From: a virus
Length of the DNA: 64,000 nucleotides
IMG/VR virus record: IMGVR_UViG_3300048838_001809
Strand: one strand, 5' to 3'
Of the stretch, positions 9,199-16,265 are shown piece after piece. Below the pieces are notes generated by a model. That model saw only the letters and a list, made by a program, of their open reading frames with translations, was not told where the DNA came from and made no database searches. How positions within the stretch are numbered: the first letter of the stretch is position 1; the number at the start of each line of letters is the position of its first letter. The translations under genes were made by a program, and so were the position numbers.

Positions 9199-9494
9199 AC
9201 ATCCTCATCGCCCTCATCGCCGTCGTCATCGGAATCCAGATCGGCCTGGCCATTCAGCGAACAGGCTTCGCGCTGTTCTGCTCGCGCTGGTGGGTTTGCT
9301 TCGACGGCCGGAGCAAAGAAGTCTGGATCGATCGCACGAACTGGGCCTTGCCGCCGCTGGCGATCGTGCTCGACAAGTCGATGAAAGTCGGTGTCATCGG
9401 GCCATACGGCTCGGCCGACAAGGCGAACGAGCAGTGTGATCGCATCTATCGCAACCAAGTGAAGTTCGCCCGGCGGAAACAGGCGGCGGCCTGA
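9195..9494 (+). CDS. Small membrane protein.
   Basis: ATGA overlap. N-terminal TM helix (ILIALIAVVIGIQIGLAI). Confidence 0.45.
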   Translation: MNILIALIAVVIGIQIGLAIQRTGFALFCSRWWVCFDGRSKEVWIDRTNWALPPLAIVLDKSMKVGVIGPYGSADKANEQCDRIYRNQVKFARRKQAAA

Positions 9495-9538
9495 CCCTTA
9501 ACCCCTTTCCTCTTTCCTGAAACTCTAGGAGCACCCTC

Positions 9539-10945
9539 ATGTCCAACGATCTACTGAAAGCCCGCCTTGTTTGGGACGGCGGCGACGAAGTGCGAATTCC
9601 GCCAGAGATGGGCGTGCCGCGCAGCGATCAAATGCAGGGGACGGCGGCTGAGCGGCTGAGCGAGTTGGCAGGGCGAGTATGTTACGACTCTCTGGGCAAG
9701 GGCAGGCCGAGCTTTAGCCGATCAGGAGAGTTCAATAGCGCGGAGATCGCATCGAAACTAGACGTGATTGCCGAGTATCGGGAGCTGGGGGTGCAGTTTG
9801 TTGGCGTCGAGCACAATGGCTGCATGACGTGCCATGCGTTCGGTCGAGCAGATTCCAATCCATCGGCATTTGTGAACATAAAGGATGGCCGCTATCACGA
9901 CGCAGCAAACGGCGACAATCTGTCGCTGATCGAGTTCGCAATGAAGGCAGGCAAGTTCAGGAAATGGAGCGATGTCGCCGCCCATTTCGCACAAAAAGCC
10001 GGCGTGTCATGCAGCAGAGTTGAGGGCTACCACGACCACATCCTCGCCGTTGGCCACGGCAGCGTGTTGGAGCATTTCAATTTCACGATCGGCGTTCAGG
10101 GCTTCGATGCCGATTACGCTGCCTATCTGCTGATTAATCGTCCCGGCATTATCTTCCACAGCCACTGGCACAATGCCGATTTCAGAATAACCGTCAATCT
10201 TCGCGCGATACTCGAATGGCAATCCTTCGCCGACGAGTTCGGTAACCTTGACGACGAGTATCGAATTGATGCTCACAATGATCTTGGTCGTCTTCTCGCT
10301 GAGCTTGGCCATCAAGTTGCGCCACACATCATTAAGCGACCGGAGCAATCGTCGTCGACTTCGGCGATGATCATGCCGCCTGAAACTGACCACGAAAAGT
10401 GGATCTCCCTCTACCTCTCCGGCAGCCGCGGCTTCTCACACGAGCAAGTCCGACATGGCGACTTCACCGCGATCAGCCAGCGGAGTACGCGGTATGTGGA
10501 TGAAGATGGTTCGCCGTGGGTCGAGCATCCACTGATCACGGCATACATCAACGATGTGCATGCCGAAGACACAGCTATCCCGAGCTGTGCGGATGAAACG
10601 ATGAAGTCGGCACAGAACACTTACCGTCTGACCGTTCACGAGCTTGAGGCGTATCTGATCGACCGCAAGGTCGACAAGACTTCCGCCCGCAAGCAAGCCC
10701 GCGGCGCGGCACGCGGCTATCTCGGCAACGCACTGCAAACCGAAATGATCTTCTCCGCGTCCGTCAGTCAGTGGCGCAGGATGGTTCAACAGCGATGCTC
10801 CCGGCACGCCGATGCAGAGATACGGGAAGTCTATGTCCAGGTGGTTCGTGAGTTGCAAAAAAGCAGGTATGCAGACTCATTTCAGGACATCCGGTTAATC
10901 GACTCACCGGACGGCATCGGACAAGTGGCAGAGTTCGTGAAATGA
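9539..10945 (+). CDS. ThyX-like protein (FAD-dependent thymidylate synthase fold) with a non-canonical signature and an inserted CHC2-like zinc-finger segment.
   Basis: N-terminal 'AGRVCYDS' and 'SRGFSHEQVRHGDFTAISQRSTRYV' parallel the ThyX 'aRvCy.S' and 'RHR(X7)S...RY' motifs, but the third Arg is Gly and there is a one-residue insertion. Residues about 90-150 ('C..CHAFGRADSNPSAFVNIKDGRYHDAANGDNLSLIEF') resemble a primase-type zinc-binding element. Confidence 0.5.
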   Translation: MSNDLLKARLVWDGGDEVRIPPEMGVPRSDQMQGTAAERLSELAGRVCYDSLGKGRPSFSRSGEFNSAEIASKLDVIAEYRELGVQFVGVEHNGCMTCHAFGRADSNPSAFVNIKDGRYHDAANGDNLSLIEFAMKAGKFRKWSDVAAHFAQKAGVSCSRVEGYHDHILAVGHGSVLEHFNFTIGVQGFDADYAAYLLINRPGIIFHSHWHNADFRITVNLRAILEWQSFADEFGNLDDEYRIDAHNDLGRLLAELGHQVAPHIIKRPEQSSSTSAMIMPPETDHEKWISLYLSGSRGFSHEQVRHGDFTAISQRSTRYVDEDGSPWVEHPLITAYINDVHAEDTAIPSCADETMKSAQNTYRLTVHELEAYLIDRKVDKTSARKQARGAARGYLGNALQTEMIFSASVSQWRRMVQQRCSRHADAEIREVYVQVVRELQKSRYADSFQDIRLIDSPDGIGQVAEFVK

Positions 10946-11481
10946 AAATCATACGCTTGCCATCTGGCCATGAAGTGCTTGTTGATGATGCTGATTACGA
11001 TTGGCTTGCCAGCCTTCCCTGGCGACTTGCGGTTCGCAACAAGACATCCTACGCCCAAATGCAAGTCGGACGAAAAGGCCGCAGGGTTTACATGCACCGC
11101 ATGATCATGGGTGAGCCAGACTGCCTCGTGGATCATCGCAACCGCAATGGACTTGATAATCAGCGCCACAATCTTCGATTAGCTACACAGCCACAAAATC
11201 AGCACAATCGCGGGCCGGTTCTTGGAACGAGTTCGCGATTCAAGGGAGTGCGAAGACATTCGCAAAATAACTGCTGGGTGTCACATATCACGTTCAATAA
11301 AGTTCGCAAGCACCTAGGGACATTCGTAAGCGAAGAGGTTGCGGCACTGGCCTACGACCAAGCAGCCAGAGAGTTGGCTGGAGAATTTGCGAAACTAAAC
11401 TTTCCAGACGTAATTGACTATTCAATCGTCGCAGTGTCACGAGGAAAGATAGGGCGGCGACCAAAAGCATCAACCATTTAG
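10942..11481 (+). CDS. HNH-AP2 homing endonuclease.
   Basis: 'VDHRNRNGLDNQRHNLRLATQPQNQHN' (HNH) followed by 'SSRFKGVRRHSQNNCWVSHITFNKVRKHLGTFVSEEVAALAYDQAA' (AP2). AT-rich island. ATGA overlap with the ThyX-like gene. Confidence 0.75.
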   Translation: MKIIRLPSGHEVLVDDADYDWLASLPWRLAVRNKTSYAQMQVGRKGRRVYMHRMIMGEPDCLVDHRNRNGLDNQRHNLRLATQPQNQHNRGPVLGTSSRFKGVRRHSQNNCWVSHITFNKVRKHLGTFVSEEVAALAYDQAARELAGEFAKLNFPDVIDYSIVAVSRGKIGRRPKASTI

Positions 11482-11565
11482 CTCCGTTTCCCCTCTCCGT
11501 CCGCAGCTCGTTTCTCGTTGCCACCGCGATTCGAGCTGCGGCGGGTGGGGTAGAGAGAGTGACGA

Positions 11566-11617
11566 AGGATCGTGACGAGCTGCGGGAGCGAATCAAGCAA
11601 CTGGAATCCACCTTGAA
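11566..11617 (+). repeat. Direct repeat copy 1. It duplicates the 3' end of the gene ending at 12187.
   Basis: cgtgacgagctgcgggagcgaatcaagcaac is nearly identical to 12097-12150. It would encode ...DRDELRERIKQLE, like the C-terminus ...ERDELRDALRERIKQ of the downstream gene. Confidence 0.5.
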
Positions 11618-11797
11618 GACATGACCGTATCTCGCACCGCCTCTGGCCAGGGGGATGGGACTTTCGGGTATAGCTCGAAAGTAGCGACGGATTGATCGAC
11701 TTGGCCAACGACCAAACGCGAGTCGGAAAAACTGCTGACGAGTAGTCGCGTGACAGCTCGGAGAGACGGGCATATTTATTCCGCCAGGAGATAGCCA

Positions 11798-12187
11798 GTG
11801 GATTACGACATCGAACGAGCGAAGCAAGAGCAGGCCGAGATCCGCAAGGCGTTCCGGGAGATATTCCCGCTTGCTGCCGAGAGTGATCTGCCGTGGGCAG
11901 CCTCGCACATCAAGAACTTCCTGCGGGACCGCATCAAGCGCGAAGTTCAAGAGGGCGTGTTTCATTTTCAATCTGCCATTGTTCGCGTGCTTTGCGAAAT
12001 CTCGCCACCGAAAACGCACGTCGTCGACATGGCCCGGATCGTCGTCGAGGCAGCTAGAGATGGTCGACGTTTTCAAGAGCAACTAGAGAGCGTCAAAAAA
12101 GAACGTGACGAGCTGCGTGACGCGCTGCGGGAGCGAATCAAACAACCCGAAAAGATTATTGAGGAAATCAAGAAAGACAAGCAATGA
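11798..12187 (+). CDS. Hypothetical protein.
   Basis: GTG start with AGGAGA RBS 6 nt upstream. C-terminal coiled-coil. Confidence 0.5.
   Translation: MDYDIERAKQEQAEIRKAFREIFPLAAESDLPWAASHIKNFLRDRIKREVQEGVFHFQSAIVRVLCEISPPKTHVVDMARIVVEAARDGRRFQEQLESVKKERDELRDALRERIKQPEKIIEEIKKDKQ
12097..12150 (+). repeat. Direct repeat copy 2, inside the 3' end of CDS 11798-12187.
   Basis: See copy 1. Confidence 0.5.
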
Positions 12188-12612
12188 AAAACTATATCGA
12201 GCAGGCACTGACCACCGAGGCCCCTATCACGCCGGAGCTAGCCAATCGCCTTATTACCGATGCTCGCGCCGTACATGCGATCTTTGGACTCGCGACTGAA
12301 ATCGGCGAACTGACCGACTCGTTCAAGCGCACGATCTTTTATGGCAAGCATGCCGACCGCACGAACATCGCCGAAGAGATTGGCGATGCGTTCTGGTATC
12401 TGGCCATCCTCTGCGATCACGTCGGCGTGAGCTTCGAGCAGTGCATGGTGGCCAACATCAACAAGCTCCGCGCTCGTTATCCGAATAAGTTCACAGAGCA
12501 CGATGCAGTGAATCGCGACCTGGGGAATGAGCGGGCGGTACTGGAGCGGCATGTGCCTGACGATTTGCAAGCAACGGAACCGCGAGCGAGTTCCGTTGCG
12601 AACGGACGCTAA
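12184..12612 (+). CDS. MazG-like nucleotide pyrophosphohydrolase.
   Basis: 'EEIGDAFWYLAIL' and '...NINKLRARYPNKF' match the all-alpha NTP-PPase (MazG) signatures. ATGA overlap. Confidence 0.7.
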   Translation: MKNYIEQALTTEAPITPELANRLITDARAVHAIFGLATEIGELTDSFKRTIFYGKHADRTNIAEEIGDAFWYLAILCDHVGVSFEQCMVANINKLRARYPNKFTEHDAVNRDLGNERAVLERHVPDDLQATEPRASSVANGR

Positions 12613-12626
12613 CAGGAACAACAGGC

Positions 12627-13523
12627 ATGAAGTCCACCGAGGCCATCAACGCATTTCGCTATGCCCTCTCCGGCAATCGCGATCAGTTAATCAGCGCAAT
12701 TCGCTGCTTGGAAGCCAGCGAGCGCGCCGCACGCCGCCACTCGCTGGCCGATCGGATTCGCAAACTGCTGGAGCAGCACGCCGGCCCCACCAGCAGCCTG
12801 GTTGCCCTGCCGAACTGCTCCGATGGAGTCTGTGCCATCAATCCCACGCGCACGCTTGGCACACTGCTGCTGCCCGATGATGTGCGGCAGTCGCTGGAAT
12901 TGCTCAAGCGCGAGCACGATCGCCGCGAAGTGCTCCTGGCCAATAATCTTCGCCCGCGAACCAAACTGCTGTTCCATGGTCCGCCGGGCAACGGCAAGAC
13001 CGCCGCGGCCGAAGCACTGGCCAGCTTGCTTGGCGTGCCGCTGCTCTACGCCGAGCACAGCCAGATTGCCGATAGCCACTTCGGCACGTCGGCCAAGAAT
13101 CTCGTGAAGGTGTTCAGCGACGCCGCACGCCAACCATGCGTGCTGTTCATCGACGAAATCGACGCCCTGGCCGAGTCGCGGGCCGCTGGCACCAGTGGGG
13201 CCGACAAAGAGGCTAATCGCATGGTAACGCAGCTATTGATGTCGCTCGACGCGATGCCGCCGACATGCACGTTCATCGCGGCGACCAATCGCCTTGATTG
13301 CCTCGATCCAGCGCTGTTTCGCCGCTTCGACACCAAATTGGAATTCCCGCCGCCGAGCGATAGGCAAGTCGCGATCTTCATCGACACGCTATGCAGGCGG
13401 CACCCGATACTCCGCGGCAGCTTGTCGGCACTTCGCTTTGACGAAAGCACGCCACGCCCAAGCTTCGCAGAAATCGAAACGATCCTACAGAACAAGGCCA
13501 GGGAGCTAATTGCCGCGGCATGA
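12627..13523 (+). CDS. AAA+ family ATPase.
   Basis: Walker A 'GPPGNGKT', Walker B 'VLFIDEIDAL', sensor-1 'ATNR', Arg finger 'LDPALFRRFD'. Confidence 0.75.
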   Translation: MKSTEAINAFRYALSGNRDQLISAIRCLEASERAARRHSLADRIRKLLEQHAGPTSSLVALPNCSDGVCAINPTRTLGTLLLPDDVRQSLELLKREHDRREVLLANNLRPRTKLLFHGPPGNGKTAAAEALASLLGVPLLYAEHSQIADSHFGTSAKNLVKVFSDAARQPCVLFIDEIDALAESRAAGTSGADKEANRMVTQLLMSLDAMPPTCTFIAATNRLDCLDPALFRRFDTKLEFPPPSDRQVAIFIDTLCRRHPILRGSLSALRFDESTPRPSFAEIETILQNKARELIAAA

Positions 13524-13783
13524 CCACTGAACTAATTAGTATGGTTCGCGCTCGTTTGATCGCCACTGCCGTCAAGGAGCTGGAGCGCGACGGCCCGAAG
13601 ATCATTCACTGCTTCCGCAAGCAGCACTGCCTATCGCTGGCCGACCTGGAGAAGCTAACCGGCATTAACCGGCCGAATCTCTCCGCGATGGAGAATGGCA
13701 AACGCAAGGTGACATTTGCTACGCTGGCCAAGCTAGCCGAAGTGGACAAGAGGCTGTCGAGGAAACGGAGCAAGTGCGAATGA
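13520..13783 (+). CDS. XRE-family HTH transcriptional regulator.
   Basis: 'LSLADLEKLTGINRPNLSAMENGKRKVTFATLAKLAEV' is a Cro/C1-type HTH. ATGA overlap with the AAA gene. Confidence 0.65.
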   Translation: MTTELISMVRARLIATAVKELERDGPKIIHCFRKQHCLSLADLEKLTGINRPNLSAMENGKRKVTFATLAKLAEVDKRLSRKRSKCE

Positions 13784-14340
13784 ACAGAAGCGTGGACGAG
13801 ATCGTCAGGCAGGCTGCCGAGCGCATCAGCGAATTGCGAGGCTACCTGCCCAGCGGCGGCGAGTGGATGGTGCAAAGCCTGCTTGGTTTTCGCGGCGAGC
13901 CGAGGGTGCATGCCGTGCCGGATGTTGAGTCGGTCATCCGCGAGGCGATTGCGGAAGCGATCAATGAAATGCAGGCGAAGTTGCTGGCGGCCGAGCAAGA
14001 GCGAGACGAATGGAGGCATCGCGCTGTTGGCGAAACATGCCGAGTAATGAGCGACCCCGATTGCCGTTGCTCACTGTGCATCCGCGACCACGAAATCCAG
14101 CAACTACGGAATTTGTGCGGCTACGTAGAGCTTTATCTGGCCCATTACGACGATTGCGTCATCAAACGAGGAAAGCCGCAAGAGTGCAGTTGCGGCATGT
14201 GGGCCTTGCATCGCCGCCTTAATGACGCCGCCGCCAAAAATTCCCTTGACGGATTTGAAGCACCGGCGCCATCATGCGACGCCGATGCACTATCAACAGT
14301 GATCACTACGATCGATGTTGCGCGGGAGGGTGCCGGCTGA
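13774..14340 (+). CDS. Hypothetical Cys-rich protein.
   Basis: CxxC clusters (CRCSLCIRDHE, CSCGMW). Overlaps the HTH gene stop. Confidence 0.5.
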   Translation: MRMNRSVDEIVRQAAERISELRGYLPSGGEWMVQSLLGFRGEPRVHAVPDVESVIREAIAEAINEMQAKLLAAEQERDEWRHRAVGETCRVMSDPDCRCSLCIRDHEIQQLRNLCGYVELYLAHYDDCVIKRGKPQECSCGMWALHRRLNDAAAKNSLDGFEAPAPSCDADALSTVITTIDVAREGAG

Positions 14341-14481
14341 CTCCGGCCAATAGCGGCCCGATGGATCGAGGCAAGCTGGTTGCGTTGCGTACCTGCCTTG
14401 TAAGCAAAGCAAAGTCCAGCCGCAGGAGTAGCCCAGAGCCCGCTGTGGCGTTGTAACGCGGGCCTGCTTGTCCTTTCGAGG

Positions 14482-14526
14482 CCGTTGCGGTCGGTTCGCC
14501 TGAGTCGGCCGCAACGGTGTTTTTAA
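14482..14526 (+). terminator. Rho-independent terminator.
   Basis: ccgttgcgg...ccgcaacgg stem, followed by tgttttt. Confidence 0.55.
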
Positions 14527-14536
14527 CGGGTGACGC

Positions 14537-14842
14537 ATGAACAGAGATGAGAAGAATTTACTCGAAGCCCGGCTCAAGAGAGCCACGGAGATTGAAAGCC
14601 GCATCGAGTTCCTGAATGATGCGTTGGTAAGACTAGGTGGCAGTGTAAGTGTAGTTGCCTTCGATCTAGTGAAGGGCGAAGTGTGGTATGGCAATGACTC
14701 GAATGATCTGCAGAAATCGGATCTTGCGAAAGTGTGCTGGGCCAACCGCGAGCCCAGCCTTGTGCCGGAAGCACTGCGGCTATTCATCGAAATGTTGGAG
14801 TGTCGAATTGCCGCAGCACAGAAGGAATACGAGGAGCTTTAA
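14537..14842 (+). CDS. Hypothetical protein.
   Basis: ORF directly after the terminator. Confidence 0.5.
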   Translation: MNRDEKNLLEARLKRATEIESRIEFLNDALVRLGGSVSVVAFDLVKGEVWYGNDSNDLQKSDLAKVCWANREPSLVPEALRLFIEMLECRIAAAQKEYEEL

Positions 14843-14959
14843 AGAATCCTGAATCGCGGCCGGCGGCTTCTTTTCGCCTGGATACTTCGGTGAAGATGAT
14901 CCAGTTCAGCCGGAGCCAGAAAAATCTGCTTGACGGTTTTGAAGCCCTGCCGCTAAATC

Positions 14960-15271
14960 TTGCCCATGCCACAAAGGAAGCCGCACAACCCGAACGTCAC
15001 GCCGGCTGGCACGCTGACCGTGCTCCGCAAGATCGCCTACATGTCAGCCGTGTCCGATGGCCTGCCGGTCCCGGTCAAGCACCCGGAGCTTGGCAGGCCA
15101 GCGCTGGGCGAAGTCACCCGCTGGCTGCTGCGTCAGCGTTACGTCGAGTGCAAGCGGAAGGGTGATACCCTGCTGTTTAAGCTAACTCCCAGTGGCATTC
15201 AGGCCCTGCAATCCGCAGAACTAAGAGTCGACCGATACACCGAGCGGCAGCGTAAGTTGCGTGGGTGGTAG
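14960..15271 (+). CDS. Hypothetical protein, possibly DNA-binding.
   Basis: Strong GC3 bias. Preferred over the overlapping Arg/Ala-rich ORF 14734-15165. Confidence 0.5.
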   Translation: MPMPQRKPHNPNVTPAGTLTVLRKIAYMSAVSDGLPVPVKHPELGRPALGEVTRWLLRQRYVECKRKGDTLLFKLTPSGIQALQSAELRVDRYTERQRKLRGW

Positions 15272-15274
15272 CCA

Positions 15275-15703
15275 ATGATCAAGCAAATCGAAGGCCGCCG
15301 TCGCTTCGTCAAGGGGAATGAGTCTCAGGTTATTCTCGGCGTGGATGGCATCACTGGATCGACGCCACTGACGCGAGCCCGCTGCATTCAGATGCAGATC
15401 GACTTTCACAATGAGCGGATCATGGAATTAGAGAAAGAATTGAAGTCGGTGGGCCAGGCGTGCTCCGAAGAAATGACTCGCGAGCTGTGGCTGGAAACCA
15501 GCCTGGCCGAAATCTTCGGCGACATCGAGCTGCGGTTCGTGAACCGCATGGAAGAGGCCGGAGTGCTATACCTAAAGGATCTTCTTAAGCTCACTCGCGG
15601 GCAACTCATGTCGCTGTCGAACGTGGGCGAGAAGACGATAGCCAACGTGTTCAAGCGACTCGAAGAGATTGGGTTCTCAGCGAAGTCCAGCAAGCCGAGA
15701 TAA
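15275..15703 (+). CDS. HhH DNA-binding protein resembling the RNA polymerase alpha C-terminal domain. Candidate small terminase subunit.
   Basis: C-terminal 'LRFVNRMEEAGVLYLKDLLKLTRGQLMSLSNVGEKTIANVFKRLEEIG' is alpha-CTD-like. It sits upstream of the large terminase. Confidence 0.4.
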   Translation: MIKQIEGRRRFVKGNESQVILGVDGITGSTPLTRARCIQMQIDFHNERIMELEKELKSVGQACSEEMTRELWLETSLAEIFGDIELRFVNRMEEAGVLYLKDLLKLTRGQLMSLSNVGEKTIANVFKRLEEIGFSAKSSKPR

Positions 15704-15704
15704 C

Positions 15705-16265
15705 ATGTCCACCTGGCTCACACAGTTACTCGGATCGATCGGCAAGCCATTTCAATGGTGGGTTGTTATCGCCGCATGGGAGGCTGGACTGCTCGTTCGT
15801 CTCGGCAAAACCACGAAGCTACTATCGCCCGGAATCCACTTCCGCATCCCGTTTCTCGACCGCGTTTATTCACAGAGCGTTCGACTGCGAATAATGACGA
15901 CGACCAACCAGACGATGGCCACGTCGGACGGCAAGGTCGTTACCGTATCGTTTGCGGTCCAGTTTGCGATCAGCGATCTCGTAAAGCTCTACCACGAAGT
16001 GGCGAACCCTGAGCATACGCTGTTGAATTTTGTGCTGGCGAAGTCGGCCAAGTATATCTCAGCTCATGCGTCGACCGACTTGAGGCCGGGCGACATCGAG
16101 GAGTCCATCAACAAGGAAATTAGCGAGCTAAACGCATGGGGGCTGAATCAACTCCAGGCGTTTGTCACCGGATTTGCTTTCGTGAGGACGTACCGACTGC
16201 TCTCTAACGACTACATGAATCTGTCGGGCCTCGATCTTGAACGCGAGAACACTGGCCTGAAATGA
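15705..16265 (+). CDS. SPFH / band-7 (stomatin-prohibitin-HflC-like) domain membrane protein.
   Basis: N-terminal TM segment, then 'PGIHFRIPFLDRVYSQSVRLRIMTTTNQTMATSDGKVVTVSFAVQFAISDL' matches the SPFH core pattern. Confidence 0.65.
   Translation: MSTWLTQLLGSIGKPFQWWVVIAAWEAGLLVRLGKTTKLLSPGIHFRIPFLDRVYSQSVRLRIMTTTNQTMATSDGKVVTVSFAVQFAISDLVKLYHEVANPEHTLLNFVLAKSAKYISAHASTDLRPGDIEESINKEISELNAWGLNQLQAFVTGFAFVRTYRLLSNDYMNLSGLDLERENTGLK

Noticed and set aside
11294-12082. 262-aa minus-strand ORF across the HNH-AP2 3' end, the repeat region and the 11798 gene.
   Set aside because: It spans an intergenic region with inverted and direct repeats and has a poor composition. It conflicts with better-supported + genes.
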